Part shown: positions 48,197 through 59,029 of the stretch, piece by piece
Layout: each line of letters starts with the position of its first letter
Position numbering within the stretch: position 1 is the stretch's first letter
NCBI GenBank assembly: GCA_029261065.1
Contig: JAJDCB010000011.1
Span: 175,168-239,167 of the forward strand
Direction of reading: 5' to 3'
Source: Candidatus Omnitrophota bacterium
GTDB lineage: Bacteria; Omnitrophota; Gorgyraeia; Zapsychrales; Zapsychraceae
Length of the DNA stretch: 64,000 nt
The notes under the pieces: generated by a model
What the model was told of the DNA's origin: nothing
The model's input: the letters and a program-made list of their open reading frames with translations, nothing else
Database searches by the model: none
Made by a program: the position numbers and the translations under genes

Positions 48197-49457
48197 AGCC
48201 AAAGTCGTCAAAGATGAAACTAAAGAACGTGTTCTTCTGGTTATTGTCGATGAGAAGATAAAAAATGATCCTTGGAGTGTTGATGATGTTCAGTATGAGA
48301 TGACAGAATTAGTGAAGGCTTGTGGAGGAGAGGTTGTTGAGTCTATGGTTTGTCATCTTCGAACGCCAACAGCGAAATATTTTATTACGGAAGGGAAAGT
48401 AACAGATATTATTGATTATTGTACAATTAAGGAAGTCGATACGGTTATTTTCACTCATGATCTTAAGGGGAGTCAGCAACGAAATTTAGAAGATAGAATA
48501 AAGGTGAAAATCATTGATCGTACACAATTGATTCTTGATATTTTTGCGAAACATGCCACAAGTAAAGAAGGAAAGATGCAAGTGGAATTAGCGCAATTAG
48601 AATATCTCTTGCCTCGACTTGTCGGAAAAGGTGTTGAGTTGTCTCGATTAGGTGGTGGTATTGGAACCTTAGGACCAGGGGAAACAAAGTTAGAGGCTGA
48701 TCGGCGAAGGATAGCTCAGAGAATTACAAAATTAAAGAGGAGTATTAACGACGTTGTGGCTAATCGTCAGTTAAAACGAAAAAGGCGAAAGGATCGAGGT
48801 GTTGCTACGATTTGTTTGGTTGGTTACACCAATGCTGGAAAATCGAGTTTACTCAATGCATTAACGCAATCTTCCCAAATAACAAAAGATGGTTTGTTTA
48901 CAACGCTCGATTCTTTATCACGACAACTGACACTATCTAATCACCAAAAAGTCGTTATCTCAGATACCGTTGGTTTTATGCATGCCTTGCCGCATCGTTT
49001 AATCGAGGCATTTAAAGCAACTTTAGAAGAGGTTAAGCAGGCTGATTATTTATTGCATGTTTTAGATGTTAGTCATGCTAATTTTCGTAATTTATATGAT
49101 TCGGTATGTGATGTTTTAAAAGACCTTGAGGCTTTTGATAAGCCGACTATTGTGGTCCTCAACAAAATCGATAAATGGGATAATGACAGCGGCTTAGAAA
49201 GCATTAAGAAAAATTTTGATGATTGCGTTTTGATATCAGCTCTTAAGGGGACCAACATTGATCAGCTGCTTGATAAGATTCTGGGGCTGTTAACGGAACA
49301 ATTTGTAGATATTCATGTTGATATCCCTATTAATCGCATGGATCTTGTGAATCTCGCTCATAAAGAGGGGGAGGTTTATTCTATAAAATACTATAACGAT
49401 AAAATCAATATCCGCGCTTCAATCCCTGCCTTAATGGCCAATCGTTTTTATATGTAG
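48189..49457 (+). CDS. hflX: GTPase HflX
   Basis: DRTQLILDIFA, QVELAQLEY, GYTNAGKS, DTVGF, NKID. Confidence 0.96.
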   Translation: MTEAKVVKDETKERVLLVIVDEKIKNDPWSVDDVQYEMTELVKACGGEVVESMVCHLRTPTAKYFITEGKVTDIIDYCTIKEVDTVIFTHDLKGSQQRNLEDRIKVKIIDRTQLILDIFAKHATSKEGKMQVELAQLEYLLPRLVGKGVELSRLGGGIGTLGPGETKLEADRRRIAQRITKLKRSINDVVANRQLKRKRRKDRGVATICLVGYTNAGKSSLLNALTQSSQITKDGLFTTLDSLSRQLTLSNHQKVVISDTVGFMHALPHRLIEAFKATLEEVKQADYLLHVLDVSHANFRNLYDSVCDVLKDLEAFDKPTIVVLNKIDKWDNDSGLESIKKNFDDCVLISALKGTNIDQLLDKILGLLTEQFVDIHVDIPINRMDLVNLAHKEGEVYSIKYYNDKINIRASIPALMANRFYM

Positions 49458-49489
49458 TTAGAATTTCTAATTAAAATAATTAGAAAATA

Positions 49490-49518
49490 TTGACAAAATG
49501 ATGAGGATAAGTTATACT
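49490..49518 (+). promoter_or_regulatory. sigma70 promoter
   Basis: TTGACA-N17-TATACT. Confidence 0.75.
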
Positions 49519-49543
49519 CTTATTGGAACTAAGGAGAAGGATT

Positions 49544-49837
49544 ATGGCGCCTGAAGATTATATCGAGTTTGAATTTAACATAAATCCGGAGGCCCCGCTT
49601 TTTATCATCAGTATCGTTAGTGAGATGGTGAGTATGCCTGTTTGGACGTTAAGAAAGCTGGATGATTGTGGTGTTGTTAAGCCTGAGCGGATTGGGAAGA
49701 AGGCGAGATGTTATTCAAAGGTTCAAATAAAAAAACTTCACTATATTAGATATCTTATGGAAATTAAAAAAGTCAACATTAGCGGCATAAAACATATTTT
49801 AGAAATTGAAATTAATAAGGAGGTTCAAGATGAATGA
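49544..49837 (+). CDS. MerR-family (HspR-like) regulator
   Basis: PLF.IS.VSE.V....WTLR...G.V.P.R....R.YS; VNISGIK. Confidence 0.8.
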   Translation: MAPEDYIEFEFNINPEAPLFIISIVSEMVSMPVWTLRKLDDCGVVKPERIGKKARCYSKVQIKKLHYIRYLMEIKKVNISGIKHILEIEINKEVQDE

Positions 49838-49877
49838 TGTTATCGAAGTATTTAGGGCCATTTTTTTTGTCCAACAA

Positions 49878-49904
49878 TTAGCACTCAATGAAGAAGAGTG
49901 CTAA
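49878..49904. promoter_or_regulatory. CIRCE operator (HrcA site)
   Basis: Perfect TTAGCACTC-N9-GAGTGCTAA. Confidence 0.97.
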
Positions 49905-49943
49905 CAAATTAAGCAAAACGTGTTAAACAAAGGAGGAGTAAAA

Positions 49944-50390
49944 ATGAATTTAATTAAATGTAAACCCAAACAAGTAGATCCTTTTACACAATTTGATGTC
50001 TTTGATCTTGACCACCCTTTTTGGGGGGTCTCACTTTTTCCAGGATTCAAATCAGGAGAAAGTGCCTGGCCATCTATTGATGTTAGCGAAGATAAAGTTA
50101 ATACTATTGTGAAAGCCGACATTCCTGGGTTAAAGAAGGAAGACATCACATTAAAGGTAGAAGGTTCCGTTTTAACCATTCAGGGAGAAAGAAAAACGGA
50201 AACAGAAGAAAAGGATAAAAATTATCACAGAGTAGAAAGAAGCTATGGTCGCTTCGAAAGAAGTGTTGATTTGCATCTTCCCATTGATCAAACAAAAGTA
50301 AAAGCAAACTACAAAAATGGGGTATTAGAGGTGATTGTTCCAAAAATAGAAAAGGCAACCGCCTCTAATATTGTTATTGAAGAAAAGTAA
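49944..50390 (+). CDS. Hsp20/alpha-crystallin small heat-shock protein
   Basis: PSIDVSE, ADIPG, ERSYGRFERS, ANYKNGVLEV; GGAGG SD. Confidence 0.95.
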   Translation: MNLIKCKPKQVDPFTQFDVFDLDHPFWGVSLFPGFKSGESAWPSIDVSEDKVNTIVKADIPGLKKEDITLKVEGSVLTIQGERKTETEEKDKNYHRVERSYGRFERSVDLHLPIDQTKVKANYKNGVLEVIVPKIEKATASNIVIEEK

Positions 50391-50391
50391 C

Positions 50392-50428
50392 AATGAAAGG
50401 GGGCATCTCTTAAGATGTTCCCTTCATT
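50392..50428 (+). terminator. Stem-loop between hsp20 and clpB
   Basis: AATGAAAGGGGGCATC-TCTTAA-GATGTTCCCTTCATT; no clear U-tract. Confidence 0.45.
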
Positions 50429-50455
50429 GATAATTTAAAAAAGGGGGTGAATAAA

Positions 50456-53050
50456 ATGATTCGTTTAGAAAAATTCACACATAAAAATCAGGAAGCCATC
50501 GCGAAAGCGTTTGAGTTGGCTGATGAACTTTCTCATCAACAAATTGACGTCGATCATCTTTTATATGCCTATTTAAAGGAAGAAGACGGCTTGTTTAATT
50601 CATTATTAAATCGTTTTCAGATTAAGACAGAAAATGTACTTTCGCAGTTAGATGTACAACTAGAAAAAAAGCCTGTGGTTGAGGGGGCAAAACAACCTGT
50701 ATTAGATGCAAAACTAGATGTTCTTTTACGTCAGTCTCAAAAAGAAGCGTCAAAGATGAAAGATGATTATGTTTCTCAGGAGCATATTTTTCTTGTGATG
50801 GGTCGAGATTCGAATACTCTTGTTGGGGCGGAGCTTAAGAAGAATGGAATTTCACAAAAAGATATCTTAGAGGTTTTAAGTCAAATTCGAGGAGGTCAAA
50901 AAGTGACAGATATGAATCCTGAAGATAAATATCAGGCATTACAAAAATATGGGCGCGATCTTACGGAATTGGCAGAAAAGGGCAAATTAGATCCTGTGAT
51001 TGGTCGGGATGAGGAGATAAGGCGAATTATTCAGGTGCTATCAAGGCGGACAAAAAATAACCCTGTTTTAATTGGTGAACCGGGGGTAGGAAAAACAGCT
51101 ATCGCAGAAGGTTTAGCGCAACGTATTGTTTCAGGCGATATTCCAGAAGGTTTAAAAAATAAAAAAGTTGTGACCCTTGATATGGGACAGCTTTTAGCTG
51201 GGACAAAGTATCGTGGAGAGTTTGAAGATAGATTAAAAGCGGTCGTTAAGGAAATTGAAAATCAACAGGGTGGTATCATTTTGTTTATTGATGAGGTTCA
51301 CACCATCGTTGGAGCTGGAAAAACAGAAGGATCTATGGATGCTTCTAATATGTTAAAACCAGCGTTAGCGCGTGGATTATTACGCTGTGTGGGCGCCACA
51401 ACGTTGGATGAATATAGAAAATATATAGAAAAAGATTCAGCACTTGAGCGACGTTTTCAACCGGTTATGGTTAACGAGCCAAATGTAGATGATGCAGTTG
51501 CCATTTTGCGGGGTTTAAAAGAAAAATATGAAATTCATCATGGGGTGCGTATTCAAGATTCTGCGTTAATTGCCGCGGTTGCTATGTCTCATAGGTACAT
51601 TACAGAACGTTTTTTACCAGATAAGGCAATTGATCTTATTGATGAGGCTGCAAGTCGACTGCGTATAGAGATTGACAGTATGCCTCAGGAGTTAGATATT
51701 AGTGAACGCAAAATTCGTCAACAAGAAATTGAAAAGCAGGCTTTAAAGAAAGAAAAGGATGACGCGTCAAAAGAAAGGTTGAAGAAGTTGGAGTCCGATT
51801 TACAAATCGCAAAGGAAGAAAATAAGAGATTGAGACTTCGTTGGGAGAAAGAGAAAGATGCGATAGAACAAATCCGTTCCATTAAATCTAGTATTGAAGA
51901 TAAAAAATTAGAATCTGAACAATTTGAAAAACAAGGTGATCTTAACAGGGTTGCTGAGATTCGATATGGATTGTTAGTTAACTTGGAAAAAGAACTGGAG
52001 GTAAAGAATAAGCTATTGATGAAAATTCAAGAAGGCGGTTCCATGCTTAAAGAAGAAGTTGATGATCAGGACATTGCTGAGGTGGTCTCCAAATGGACAA
52101 AAATTCCTATGACGAAGTTGATGGAGGGAGAAACAGAAAAACTGATTCATATTGAATCCAGTTTAAAAAAACGTGTGGTTGGACAAGATCAAGCCATTGA
52201 TCTTATTTCTAATTGTTTGCGTCGATCACGAACAGGTTTAAGTGATCCTAATAGGCCTATTGGTTCTTTCATTTTTGTTGGACCAACGGGAGTCGGGAAG
52301 ACCGAGCTTGCTAAATCATTGGCTTGGTTTTTATTCGACGATGAGTCGTCTCTGATTCGCATTGACATGAGTGAGTATATGGAAAAGCATAGTGTCTCAA
52401 GACTCATCGGAGCTCCTCCTGGATATGTGGGTTATGATGAGGGTGGTCAACTGACAGAGGCTGTTCGACGTCGTCCTTTTGCTGTGATTCTTTTTGATGA
52501 GATTGAAAAGGCACATAGTGATGTTTTTAACACGTTACTCCAAATTTTGGATGACGGTCGTCTGACAGATGGTCAAGGGCGTGTGGTCAACTTTAAGAAT
52601 TGTATTATCATTATGACGTCAAATATTGGGACAGAATCCATTGGTTTAACAGATGATAGATTGACGATTGAGAAAAACATTCAAGAAGCTCTACGAAACA
52701 GTTTTAGGCCAGAGTTTCTTAATCGGATCGATGAGACCATTATTTTTAATCGTCTTAAAGAAAAGGATATTGAGAAAATCGTAGAGATTCAGTATGGAAT
52801 CATAAAAAATAGGTTAAAAGAGAGACATATTGATCTAGAGCTTACGGATGCGGCCAAATTGAAACTCAGTCACGCTGGTTTTGACGAGCTTTATGGGGCC
52901 AGACCATTAAAACGCGTTATGCAAAGGGCTCTTCAAGATCAAATTGCTATGAAATTATTGACCGGTGAAGTCAAAGAAAAGGATAGAATAAGAATAGATT
53001 CAGACAAAAATGGGGGTGTTTTATTGAAGATAAATAGTTCTAATCGTTAA
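50456..53050 (+). CDS. clpB: Chaperone ClpB
   Basis: Two AAA+ modules ([16 protein letters not shown]) plus the coiled-coil M domain. Confidence 0.96.
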   Translation: MIRLEKFTHKNQEAIAKAFELADELSHQQIDVDHLLYAYLKEEDGLFNSLLNRFQIKTENVLSQLDVQLEKKPVVEGAKQPVLDAKLDVLLRQSQKEASKMKDDYVSQEHIFLVMGRDSNTLVGAELKKNGISQKDILEVLSQIRGGQKVTDMNPEDKYQALQKYGRDLTELAEKGKLDPVIGRDEEIRRIIQVLSRRTKNNPVLIGEPGVGKTAIAEGLAQRIVSGDIPEGLKNKKVVTLDMGQLLAGTKYRGEFEDRLKAVVKEIENQQGGIILFIDEVHTIVGAGKTEGSMDASNMLKPALARGLLRCVGATTLDEYRKYIEKDSALERRFQPVMVNEPNVDDAVAILRGLKEKYEIHHGVRIQDSALIAAVAMSHRYITERFLPDKAIDLIDEAASRLRIEIDSMPQELDISERKIRQQEIEKQALKKEKDDASKERLKKLESDLQIAKEENKRLRLRWEKEKDAIEQIRSIKSSIEDKKLESEQFEKQGDLNRVAEIRYGLLVNLEKELEVKNKLLMKIQEGGSMLKEEVDDQDIAEVVSKWTKIPMTKLMEGETEKLIHIESSLKKRVVGQDQAIDLISNCLRRSRTGLSDPNRPIGSFIFVGPTGVGKTELAKSLAWFLFDDESSLIRIDMSEYMEKHSVSRLIGAPPGYVGYDEGGQLTEAVRRRPFAVILFDEIEKAHSDVFNTLLQILDDGRLTDGQGRVVNFKNCIIIMTSNIGTESIGLTDDRLTIEKNIQEALRNSFRPEFLNRIDETIIFNRLKEKDIEKIVEIQYGIIKNRLKERHIDLELTDAAKLKLSHAGFDELYGARPLKRVMQRALQDQIAMKLLTGEVKEKDRIRIDSDKNGGVLLKINSSNR

Positions 53051-53112
53051 TGTTTCATTAAAGAAAAAGTGATATAATATGCTTTAATTGAAAACAGCTG
53101 TATGATTAAATT

Positions 53113-54057
53113 ATGAAAAATATTTTTCTAGTTGGCTTTATATTATTTTTTTCTTTACCATCCTTAGTCTACGCACAGTTCATAAAGCGAACAATAGAAG
53201 ATGGAATTTATAAAGAACTTTATGATTCTGGTGAGGTGCGTAAGCGACTAACTTATAAAGATGGTAAGCCTAATGGTCCTTTTAATACATATTATAAAAG
53301 TGGAAAGTTAATGGGGGAAGGATTGTATGTTGAGGGAGCTCTTGAGAAAAGAGCGAGATCTTATTATTTAAATGGTTTAACTAAAATGGAAACGCGTTAT
53401 AAGTATGGTCGGTTGCATGGAAAAATTATTGAATATTTCGACGATGGTGCGGTAAAACGAGAATCCGATTATGTTGATGGAAAATTGCATGGAAAGGTAA
53501 AAGATTATGCGCGAAATGGTAAGCTTGAATATGAAAAAGAATTTAGAAATGGCATGGAGGAGGGGGAGGCCAAAAAAATCTCTGCTTTAGGTTCGGTTGA
53601 TCGTACGGTTCAGTTTGAGCAGGGTCAACAAAAAGGTATTATTCGTGATTTTGAATATAGTGGACGTCTTAAACGAGCGTTTGAAGCGCTTGACGGTGTT
53701 CCGCATGGTGTTGTGAAAGAATATTATGAGACGGGTGAGTTAAAAAGTGAAAGTACAATTGAGAAGGGAGAGTTTGTAAACACTTACGTTAAAGAATTTT
53801 ATAAGACAGGTGAATTGTTGCGAGAGGTTAACCTTGTTGAAGGAATTAGAGTTGGAGAATTTAAAGAATACTACCCGAGTGGGAAAATTAAGATAAGTGG
53901 GCAGTATCAAAATGATAAACAGCATGGCGTGTTTCGTGTATTTCACGCAAATGGCTACCTAAAGAGTGAGAAAGTTTTTGAGAAAGGTGTAAAGGTTTCA
54001 TCTCGTGAATTTGATGATTACGGAAATATTATTTTGCACAGCGATAGTTTGCTTTAG
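53113..54057 (+). CDS. Exported MORN-variant repeat (YwqK-like) protein
   Basis: Repeated Y..G..G....YY..G units; signal peptide. Confidence 0.85.
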   Translation: MKNIFLVGFILFFSLPSLVYAQFIKRTIEDGIYKELYDSGEVRKRLTYKDGKPNGPFNTYYKSGKLMGEGLYVEGALEKRARSYYLNGLTKMETRYKYGRLHGKIIEYFDDGAVKRESDYVDGKLHGKVKDYARNGKLEYEKEFRNGMEEGEAKKISALGSVDRTVQFEQGQQKGIIRDFEYSGRLKRAFEALDGVPHGVVKEYYETGELKSESTIEKGEFVNTYVKEFYKTGELLREVNLVEGIRVGEFKEYYPSGKIKISGQYQNDKQHGVFRVFHANGYLKSEKVFEKGVKVSSREFDDYGNIILHSDSLL

Positions 54058-54094
54058 AAGTAATCCGGATAACTTTTAAACAAGTAGAAAAAAT

Positions 54095-54799
54095 ATGAAA
54101 ATAGCTTTAATTGTTGGTGGTTTAATAGTCGCTTATGTTATTTTTAATATCTTTTTTTCTGGAAAAGGAAAGACAAGGGACGAATCTCTTCTGGATTTAG
54201 AAAAGTTTCTTGAGGGTAAGCTCGAATTAATTAAAGGTATCGAGAATTCTTTTAGGTTAAGTTTTACGTTTGAAGGTATTGCGTTATCTTTTGAAGATTT
54301 AGAAGTGCAGGGGTTTAACGATAAGGTGAATAAAGGGTTTTTGAAAGCCAAGACGGTTAGTAGTTTGAATTTGACGTTTTCTGAAAAAATTGCGGGTCAA
54401 GGCACAAGATCAAAAATGATTATAGCCTCTGATTTAGAGGCTAATCCGGGGCAAGCTGACATTAAGATAAATATGCCAAAATATTTGCAAGATCTTGAGG
54501 TTCATACCAATGATAAAGTAATGGTAAATCGTTTATTCCAAGATCCAAGAATTATTAACATTTTTTCAGAATATAAAAACTTTAACTTGCGTGGAAGTCC
54601 TCTCATGCCATTATCTGTAAAAGAGGGGGTTGTGCATCTTGAATTTTATGAAACAGATATGATGAAACCTAGTATTGTCGCTTTACGTAAAGATATACCC
54701 TCAATTGAAAAAATATTGGCTAAAATGAGTGTATTGGTGAAAAAAATTGATGCCTTGGACCGCGACGATGAAAGTCCTATTAAGAAAATGAAGAGATAA
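54095..54799 (+). CDS. Hypothetical protein with N-terminal membrane anchor
   Basis: 234-aa ORF in operon context. Confidence 0.7.
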   Translation: MKIALIVGGLIVAYVIFNIFFSGKGKTRDESLLDLEKFLEGKLELIKGIENSFRLSFTFEGIALSFEDLEVQGFNDKVNKGFLKAKTVSSLNLTFSEKIAGQGTRSKMIIASDLEANPGQADIKINMPKYLQDLEVHTNDKVMVNRLFQDPRIINIFSEYKNFNLRGSPLMPLSVKEGVVHLEFYETDMMKPSIVALRKDIPSIEKILAKMSVLVKKIDALDRDDESPIKKMKR

Positions 54800-54801
54800 T
54801 T

Positions 54802-55410
54802 ATGGATAAAATAAAAGCATTCTTTCTAACATCTGTTCTTGGGGGTGTTACGGTCATATTACCAACAGTCATTTTGATATCTGTTTTTTCTTGGCTGTTT
54901 AATTTTGTTAGAAAACTGATTGCACCTATAACTAATTTATTAGTTTCTAAGTCTGAGATTCACAGTTTATTGGCTGATGTCATTGTTATTATTATTATTA
55001 TTGGTGTTTGTTTTGCTGTTGGAATCTTGGTAAAAACGCGATTTGGTAAATTTTTACATCGATTGGTTGAAGAAAAATTATTAAAGGTTGCTCCGGGGTA
55101 TACGTTAATAAAGGAGACCGTTTTACAAATAATAGGCAACAAAAAATCACCTTTTTCTTCAGTTGCTTTGGTACAAATTTTTGGAAATGAAACTATGGTG
55201 ACGGCCTTTGTAACGGATGAACATGAAGATGGTCGTTTTTCGGTTTTTGTCCCAACGGGACCAAATCCAACTTCGGGTAATATCTATCATTTAAAGAGCG
55301 AGTATGTGCATCCTGTGTCAGTTTCTGTAGAAGATGCCATGCGTTCCATTATTAGTTGTGGGGCTGGATCTTCAACTTTAGTTGCCAAATATAAAGGGAA
55401 AAACGCTTAA
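54802..55410 (+). CDS. DUF502 membrane protein
   Basis: P.Y..IKE, VFVPTGPNPTSG, VEDAMR.IIS.G. Confidence 0.9.
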   Translation: MDKIKAFFLTSVLGGVTVILPTVILISVFSWLFNFVRKLIAPITNLLVSKSEIHSLLADVIVIIIIIGVCFAVGILVKTRFGKFLHRLVEEKLLKVAPGYTLIKETVLQIIGNKKSPFSSVALVQIFGNETMVTAFVTDEHEDGRFSVFVPTGPNPTSGNIYHLKSEYVHPVSVSVEDAMRSIISCGAGSSTLVAKYKGKNA

Positions 55411-55475
55411 ATAAGGCGTTTTTCTTCCATCCATAAGTTATTCTCTTGCATGGTGATTTCTTAAAAATTTGTTTA

Positions 55476-55503
55476 TTGACATAAAAAAGTTTTTTGTTAT
55501 AAT
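55476..55503 (+). promoter_or_regulatory. sigma70 promoter of the hrcA operon
   Basis: TTGACA-N16-TATAAT with an extended -10 TG. Confidence 0.8.
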
Positions 55504-55510
55504 GCCTAAA

Positions 55511-55537
55511 TTAGCATTCTAGGCATAGGAGTGCTAA
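55511..55537. promoter_or_regulatory. CIRCE operator
   Basis: TTAGCATTC-N9-GAGTGCTAA (one mismatch) just after the -10 box. Confidence 0.93.
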
Positions 55538-55667
55538 AATTGATTTAGATACAGGGGCCATATAGTTATATTACATAAGTACTTAAGGCTCTAATAGATA
55601 TGTTTCTAATTTTTTAGTTTATCAACATTATCTAGCTGTTTAACCCCTTTTCTAGAAGAGGTCAACA

Positions 55668-56405
55668 ATGCCAACAAAAAATGAAGAATTACAAGAGCGA
55701 AAGGATAGCATCTTAGCTATCGCCATTAACAGATATATAGATACTGTTTCGCCTGTAAGTTCAAAAATAATTGCTGATGAGATTTCTCTAGACTTAAGTT
55801 CTGCCACGATTCGTAATACTTTGGCTGAATTAGAGGAAGAGGGATATTTGACTCATCCGCACACATCCGCTGGTCGTGTGCCTACACATAAAGGTTATCG
55901 TTATTTTGTGGATAATTTGATGAATGAGATTATTTTTTTAGAAGAAGAAAAAAAGCGGATTAAATCAGAATACCAGAAGCAGTCTTTAGAATTGGAGTCC
56001 TTATTAGAGAAGACATCACAAGATCTATCTACGTTAACGCGATATACAAGTATTGTTTCGGTTGATGGTTGGGGAACTAAGATTTTTTGTCAGGGAACCA
56101 GTTATGTTGTTGAATATCCTGATTATCAAGATGTGCAAAAAATTAAAAATATATTAGAAGCGTTAGATGAAAAGAAGAGTTTATTGGAGATTATTAATCG
56201 TGATTTGGAAAGTAAAGTTGGTATTTTCATAGGACAAGAAATTGCCCTCTCAGAGATGAGTCACTGCTCATTAGTCGTTTCAAGTTATAAGTTAAAACAA
56301 GGCCCCAGCGGACGTATTGCTATTTTAGGGCCTGCTCGCATGCATTATGATCGCGTAATTTCCACACTTGAATATTTTTCAAACCTGATGGAAGAAATCG
56401 TTTAA
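55668..56405 (+). CDS. hrcA: Heat-inducible repressor HrcA (short form)
   Basis: SSATIRN..A.LE..GYL..PHTSAGRVPT..GYR; ILGP.RM.Y. Confidence 0.93.
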   Translation: MPTKNEELQERKDSILAIAINRYIDTVSPVSSKIIADEISLDLSSATIRNTLAELEEEGYLTHPHTSAGRVPTHKGYRYFVDNLMNEIIFLEEEKKRIKSEYQKQSLELESLLEKTSQDLSTLTRYTSIVSVDGWGTKIFCQGTSYVVEYPDYQDVQKIKNILEALDEKKSLLEIINRDLESKVGIFIGQEIALSEMSHCSLVVSSYKLKQGPSGRIAILGPARMHYDRVISTLEYFSNLMEEIV

Positions 56406-56420
56406 AACTGAATTAAACAC

Positions 56421-57002
56421 ATGAAAGAGAATAAAGATATGAATGATGCTGATGTTGAAGAACAAGTTGAAGAACAGCTTATAGACGTTGAGAGTAAAGC
56501 TGAGAAGAAGAAAAAAGATAAGGTGTTAAAAATAAAAGAATCCGAATATGCCAAGATTGTAGAGGAAGGCAAAGAATATAAGGATAAATATCTTCGTCTT
56601 TTTGCGGAGTTTGACAATGCTCGTAAACGTATGGATCGGGAAAAACAAGACTTCGTTAAATATGCCAATGAAGAATTAATCGTCGAGATATTAACTATTC
56701 TTGATGGTTTGGAGTTATCCATTAAATCTGCTAAGGCAAAAGACAGTGAAGATGGAGAGGCGTTTTTAAAAGGTATTGAGATGGTTGTAACGCAAATGCA
56801 TGCGTTTTTAAATAAATACGGTGTTAAGCCGATTAAGGCATTAGGCACCATTTTCGATCCTCACAATCATGAAGTTCTTCTTCAAGAAGAAACTAGCGAA
56901 CATGACGATGGGCTTGTGTTAGAAGAGTTACAAAAGGGATATTTATTAGGAGAAAAAGTCGTTAGAACAGCAAAGGTAAAAATAGCTAAACAAAAAAATT
57001 AA
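56421..57002 (+). CDS. grpE: Nucleotide exchange factor GrpE
   Basis: AEFDNARKR, FDPHNHE, LQKGY...VVR.A.V. Confidence 0.96.
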   Translation: MKENKDMNDADVEEQVEEQLIDVESKAEKKKKDKVLKIKESEYAKIVEEGKEYKDKYLRLFAEFDNARKRMDREKQDFVKYANEELIVEILTILDGLELSIKSAKAKDSEDGEAFLKGIEMVVTQMHAFLNKYGVKPIKALGTIFDPHNHEVLLQEETSEHDDGLVLEELQKGYLLGEKVVRTAKVKIAKQKN

Positions 57003-57070
57003 ATTGCATTTCTAAAATTAAGTTTAGAGAAGCGAATATGACGTTATTAATTTTCTAGGAGGTATTTTCA

Positions 57071-59023
57071 ATGAGTAAAGCAATTGGTATTGATTTAGGA
57101 ACATCAAATTCAGCGGCATCTGTTTTAGAAGGTGGACGCCCAACAATTATTCCTTCAGCAGAAGGAGCCGGGGTTGCTTCTGGCAAGGCTTTTCCTTCAT
57201 TCGTGGCTTTTACGAAAGATGGACAACGTCTTGTTGGAGAGCCAGCTCGACGACAAGGTCCAGTAAATTCTGAAGGGACCATTTATGCGGCAAAGCGTAA
57301 AATGGGAACAACTGATAAATTTAAAGTTTTTGATAAAGAGTTTACTCCTCAACAAATTAGCGCTTTTATTTTACAAAAAATAAAGGCTGATGCTGAGAAG
57401 TTTTTAGGTGATACAGTTGATGAAGCTGTTATCACGGTACCTGCTTATTTTAATGATAATCAAAGACAAGCAACTAAAGATGCTGGAGAAATTGCAGGTC
57501 TTAAGGTATTACGTATTATTAATGAACCAACAGCTGCGTGTTTAGCTTATGGTTTAGATAAAGCAGGAAAAGAACAAAAGATTATGGTTTTTGATTTTGG
57601 TGGCGGAACCCTTGATGTTACGATTCTTGAGATGGGTTGGGATGAAGAACATAAGGCTGCTACTTTTGAAGTTTTATCGACGAGTGGTGATAATCATTTA
57701 GGTGGAACGGATATGGATAACCTACTTATTGATTATATCACTGATGAGTTTAAGAAAGAATCTGGTGTTGATTTAAAAAATGATAAAATGGCTTTTCAAC
57801 GTTTAAGAGAAGCGGCTGAGAAAGCCAAAGTCGAATTATCAAGTACTGTTAACACAGATATAAACCTACCCTTTATTACCGCTGATGCAAGCGGTCCCAA
57901 ACATTTAAATCTTACTATAGAAAGAGCCAAATTAGAATCCATGGTTTCTTCCATTGTTGATCGTTGCCGAGGTCCGATTGTGCAGGCGATGAAAGATGCT
58001 TCTGAAAAATTAGGAGAAGACGTCAATGTTGATAAGGTGATCTTAGTTGGTGGTCCGACGAGAATGCCAATCGTTCAAGATTTTGTTGAAAAAGAAGTGG
58101 GGCAAAAAATTGAACGTGGTATTGATCCTATGGAATGTGTGGCTCTTGGGGCATCGATTCAAGCGGGAATTATTAAGGGGGACGCCAAAGAAGTTCTACT
58201 TCTTGATGTAACTCCTCTTACTCTTGGTATTGAAACTATGGGTGGTGTGATGACAAAGCTTATCGAACGCAACACAACGATTCCTATTAAGAAGAGTCAA
58301 ACATTTTCAACAGCTGCGGATAATCAACCTGCTGTGGACGTTCGTGTGTTACAAGGTGAGCGATCCATGTCTAATGACAATACGCAATTAGGTTTGTTTC
58401 AATTAGATGGTATACCACCAGCTCCTCGAGGTGTTCCTCAGATCGAAGTAACCTTTGATATTGATACCGACGGGATTATCCATGTTTCGGCTAAGGATAA
58501 AGGAACAGGTAAAGAACAATCCATCAAGATTACAAGCTCTACTAAGCTTTCTGATGAAGATATTGAGACAATGGTCAAGGAAGCTGAAAAGTTTGCTGAA
58601 GAAGACAAAAAAGCAAAAGAGCAAGCAGAAGTTGTTAATCAAGCGAATGCGCTTGTATTTAGTACAGAAAAATCAGTTAAAGATTATGGAGATAAGATTT
58701 CCGATGATGATAAGGCAAATATAGAGAAAGAACTTAAAAGCCTTAAAGAAGCCATTGAATCTAAAGATCAAGATAGAATTAAAAAAGGAATGGAAGAGCT
58801 TTCAAAGGTAAGTCATAAGCTAGCTGAAGAAGTTTATAAAGAAACAGCTTCTCAACAAGCTACTCAAGGTGCCGGTGCCGGAGCTGAGGGTGCAGGAGAT
58901 CCAGCAGCCCAAGGAGGAGCTCAAGGAGCTCAACCAGGTGGAGATTCTGCTCAAGCAAAACCAGAAGATAAAAAGGAAGATGTTATTGATGCTGATTTTA
59001 AAGCAGAAGATGATAAAGCTTAA
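57071..59023 (+). CDS. dnaK: Chaperone DnaK
   Basis: [35 protein letters not shown]. Confidence 0.98.
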   Translation: MSKAIGIDLGTSNSAASVLEGGRPTIIPSAEGAGVASGKAFPSFVAFTKDGQRLVGEPARRQGPVNSEGTIYAAKRKMGTTDKFKVFDKEFTPQQISAFILQKIKADAEKFLGDTVDEAVITVPAYFNDNQRQATKDAGEIAGLKVLRIINEPTAACLAYGLDKAGKEQKIMVFDFGGGTLDVTILEMGWDEEHKAATFEVLSTSGDNHLGGTDMDNLLIDYITDEFKKESGVDLKNDKMAFQRLREAAEKAKVELSSTVNTDINLPFITADASGPKHLNLTIERAKLESMVSSIVDRCRGPIVQAMKDASEKLGEDVNVDKVILVGGPTRMPIVQDFVEKEVGQKIERGIDPMECVALGASIQAGIIKGDAKEVLLLDVTPLTLGIETMGGVMTKLIERNTTIPIKKSQTFSTAADNQPAVDVRVLQGERSMSNDNTQLGLFQLDGIPPAPRGVPQIEVTFDIDTDGIIHVSAKDKGTGKEQSIKITSSTKLSDEDIETMVKEAEKFAEEDKKAKEQAEVVNQANALVFSTEKSVKDYGDKISDDDKANIEKELKSLKEAIESKDQDRIKKGMEELSKVSHKLAEEVYKETASQQATQGAGAGAEGAGDPAAQGGAQGAQPGGDSAQAKPEDKKEDVIDADFKAEDDKA

Positions 59024-59029
59024 CAATTT

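Noticed and set aside
48180-48200. hfq between miaA and hflX
   Set aside because: The two genes overlap, leaving no room
53113-54057. YwqJK toxin-antitoxin module
   Set aside because: Only a signal-peptide MORN-repeat protein is present; no adjacent toxin is recognisable
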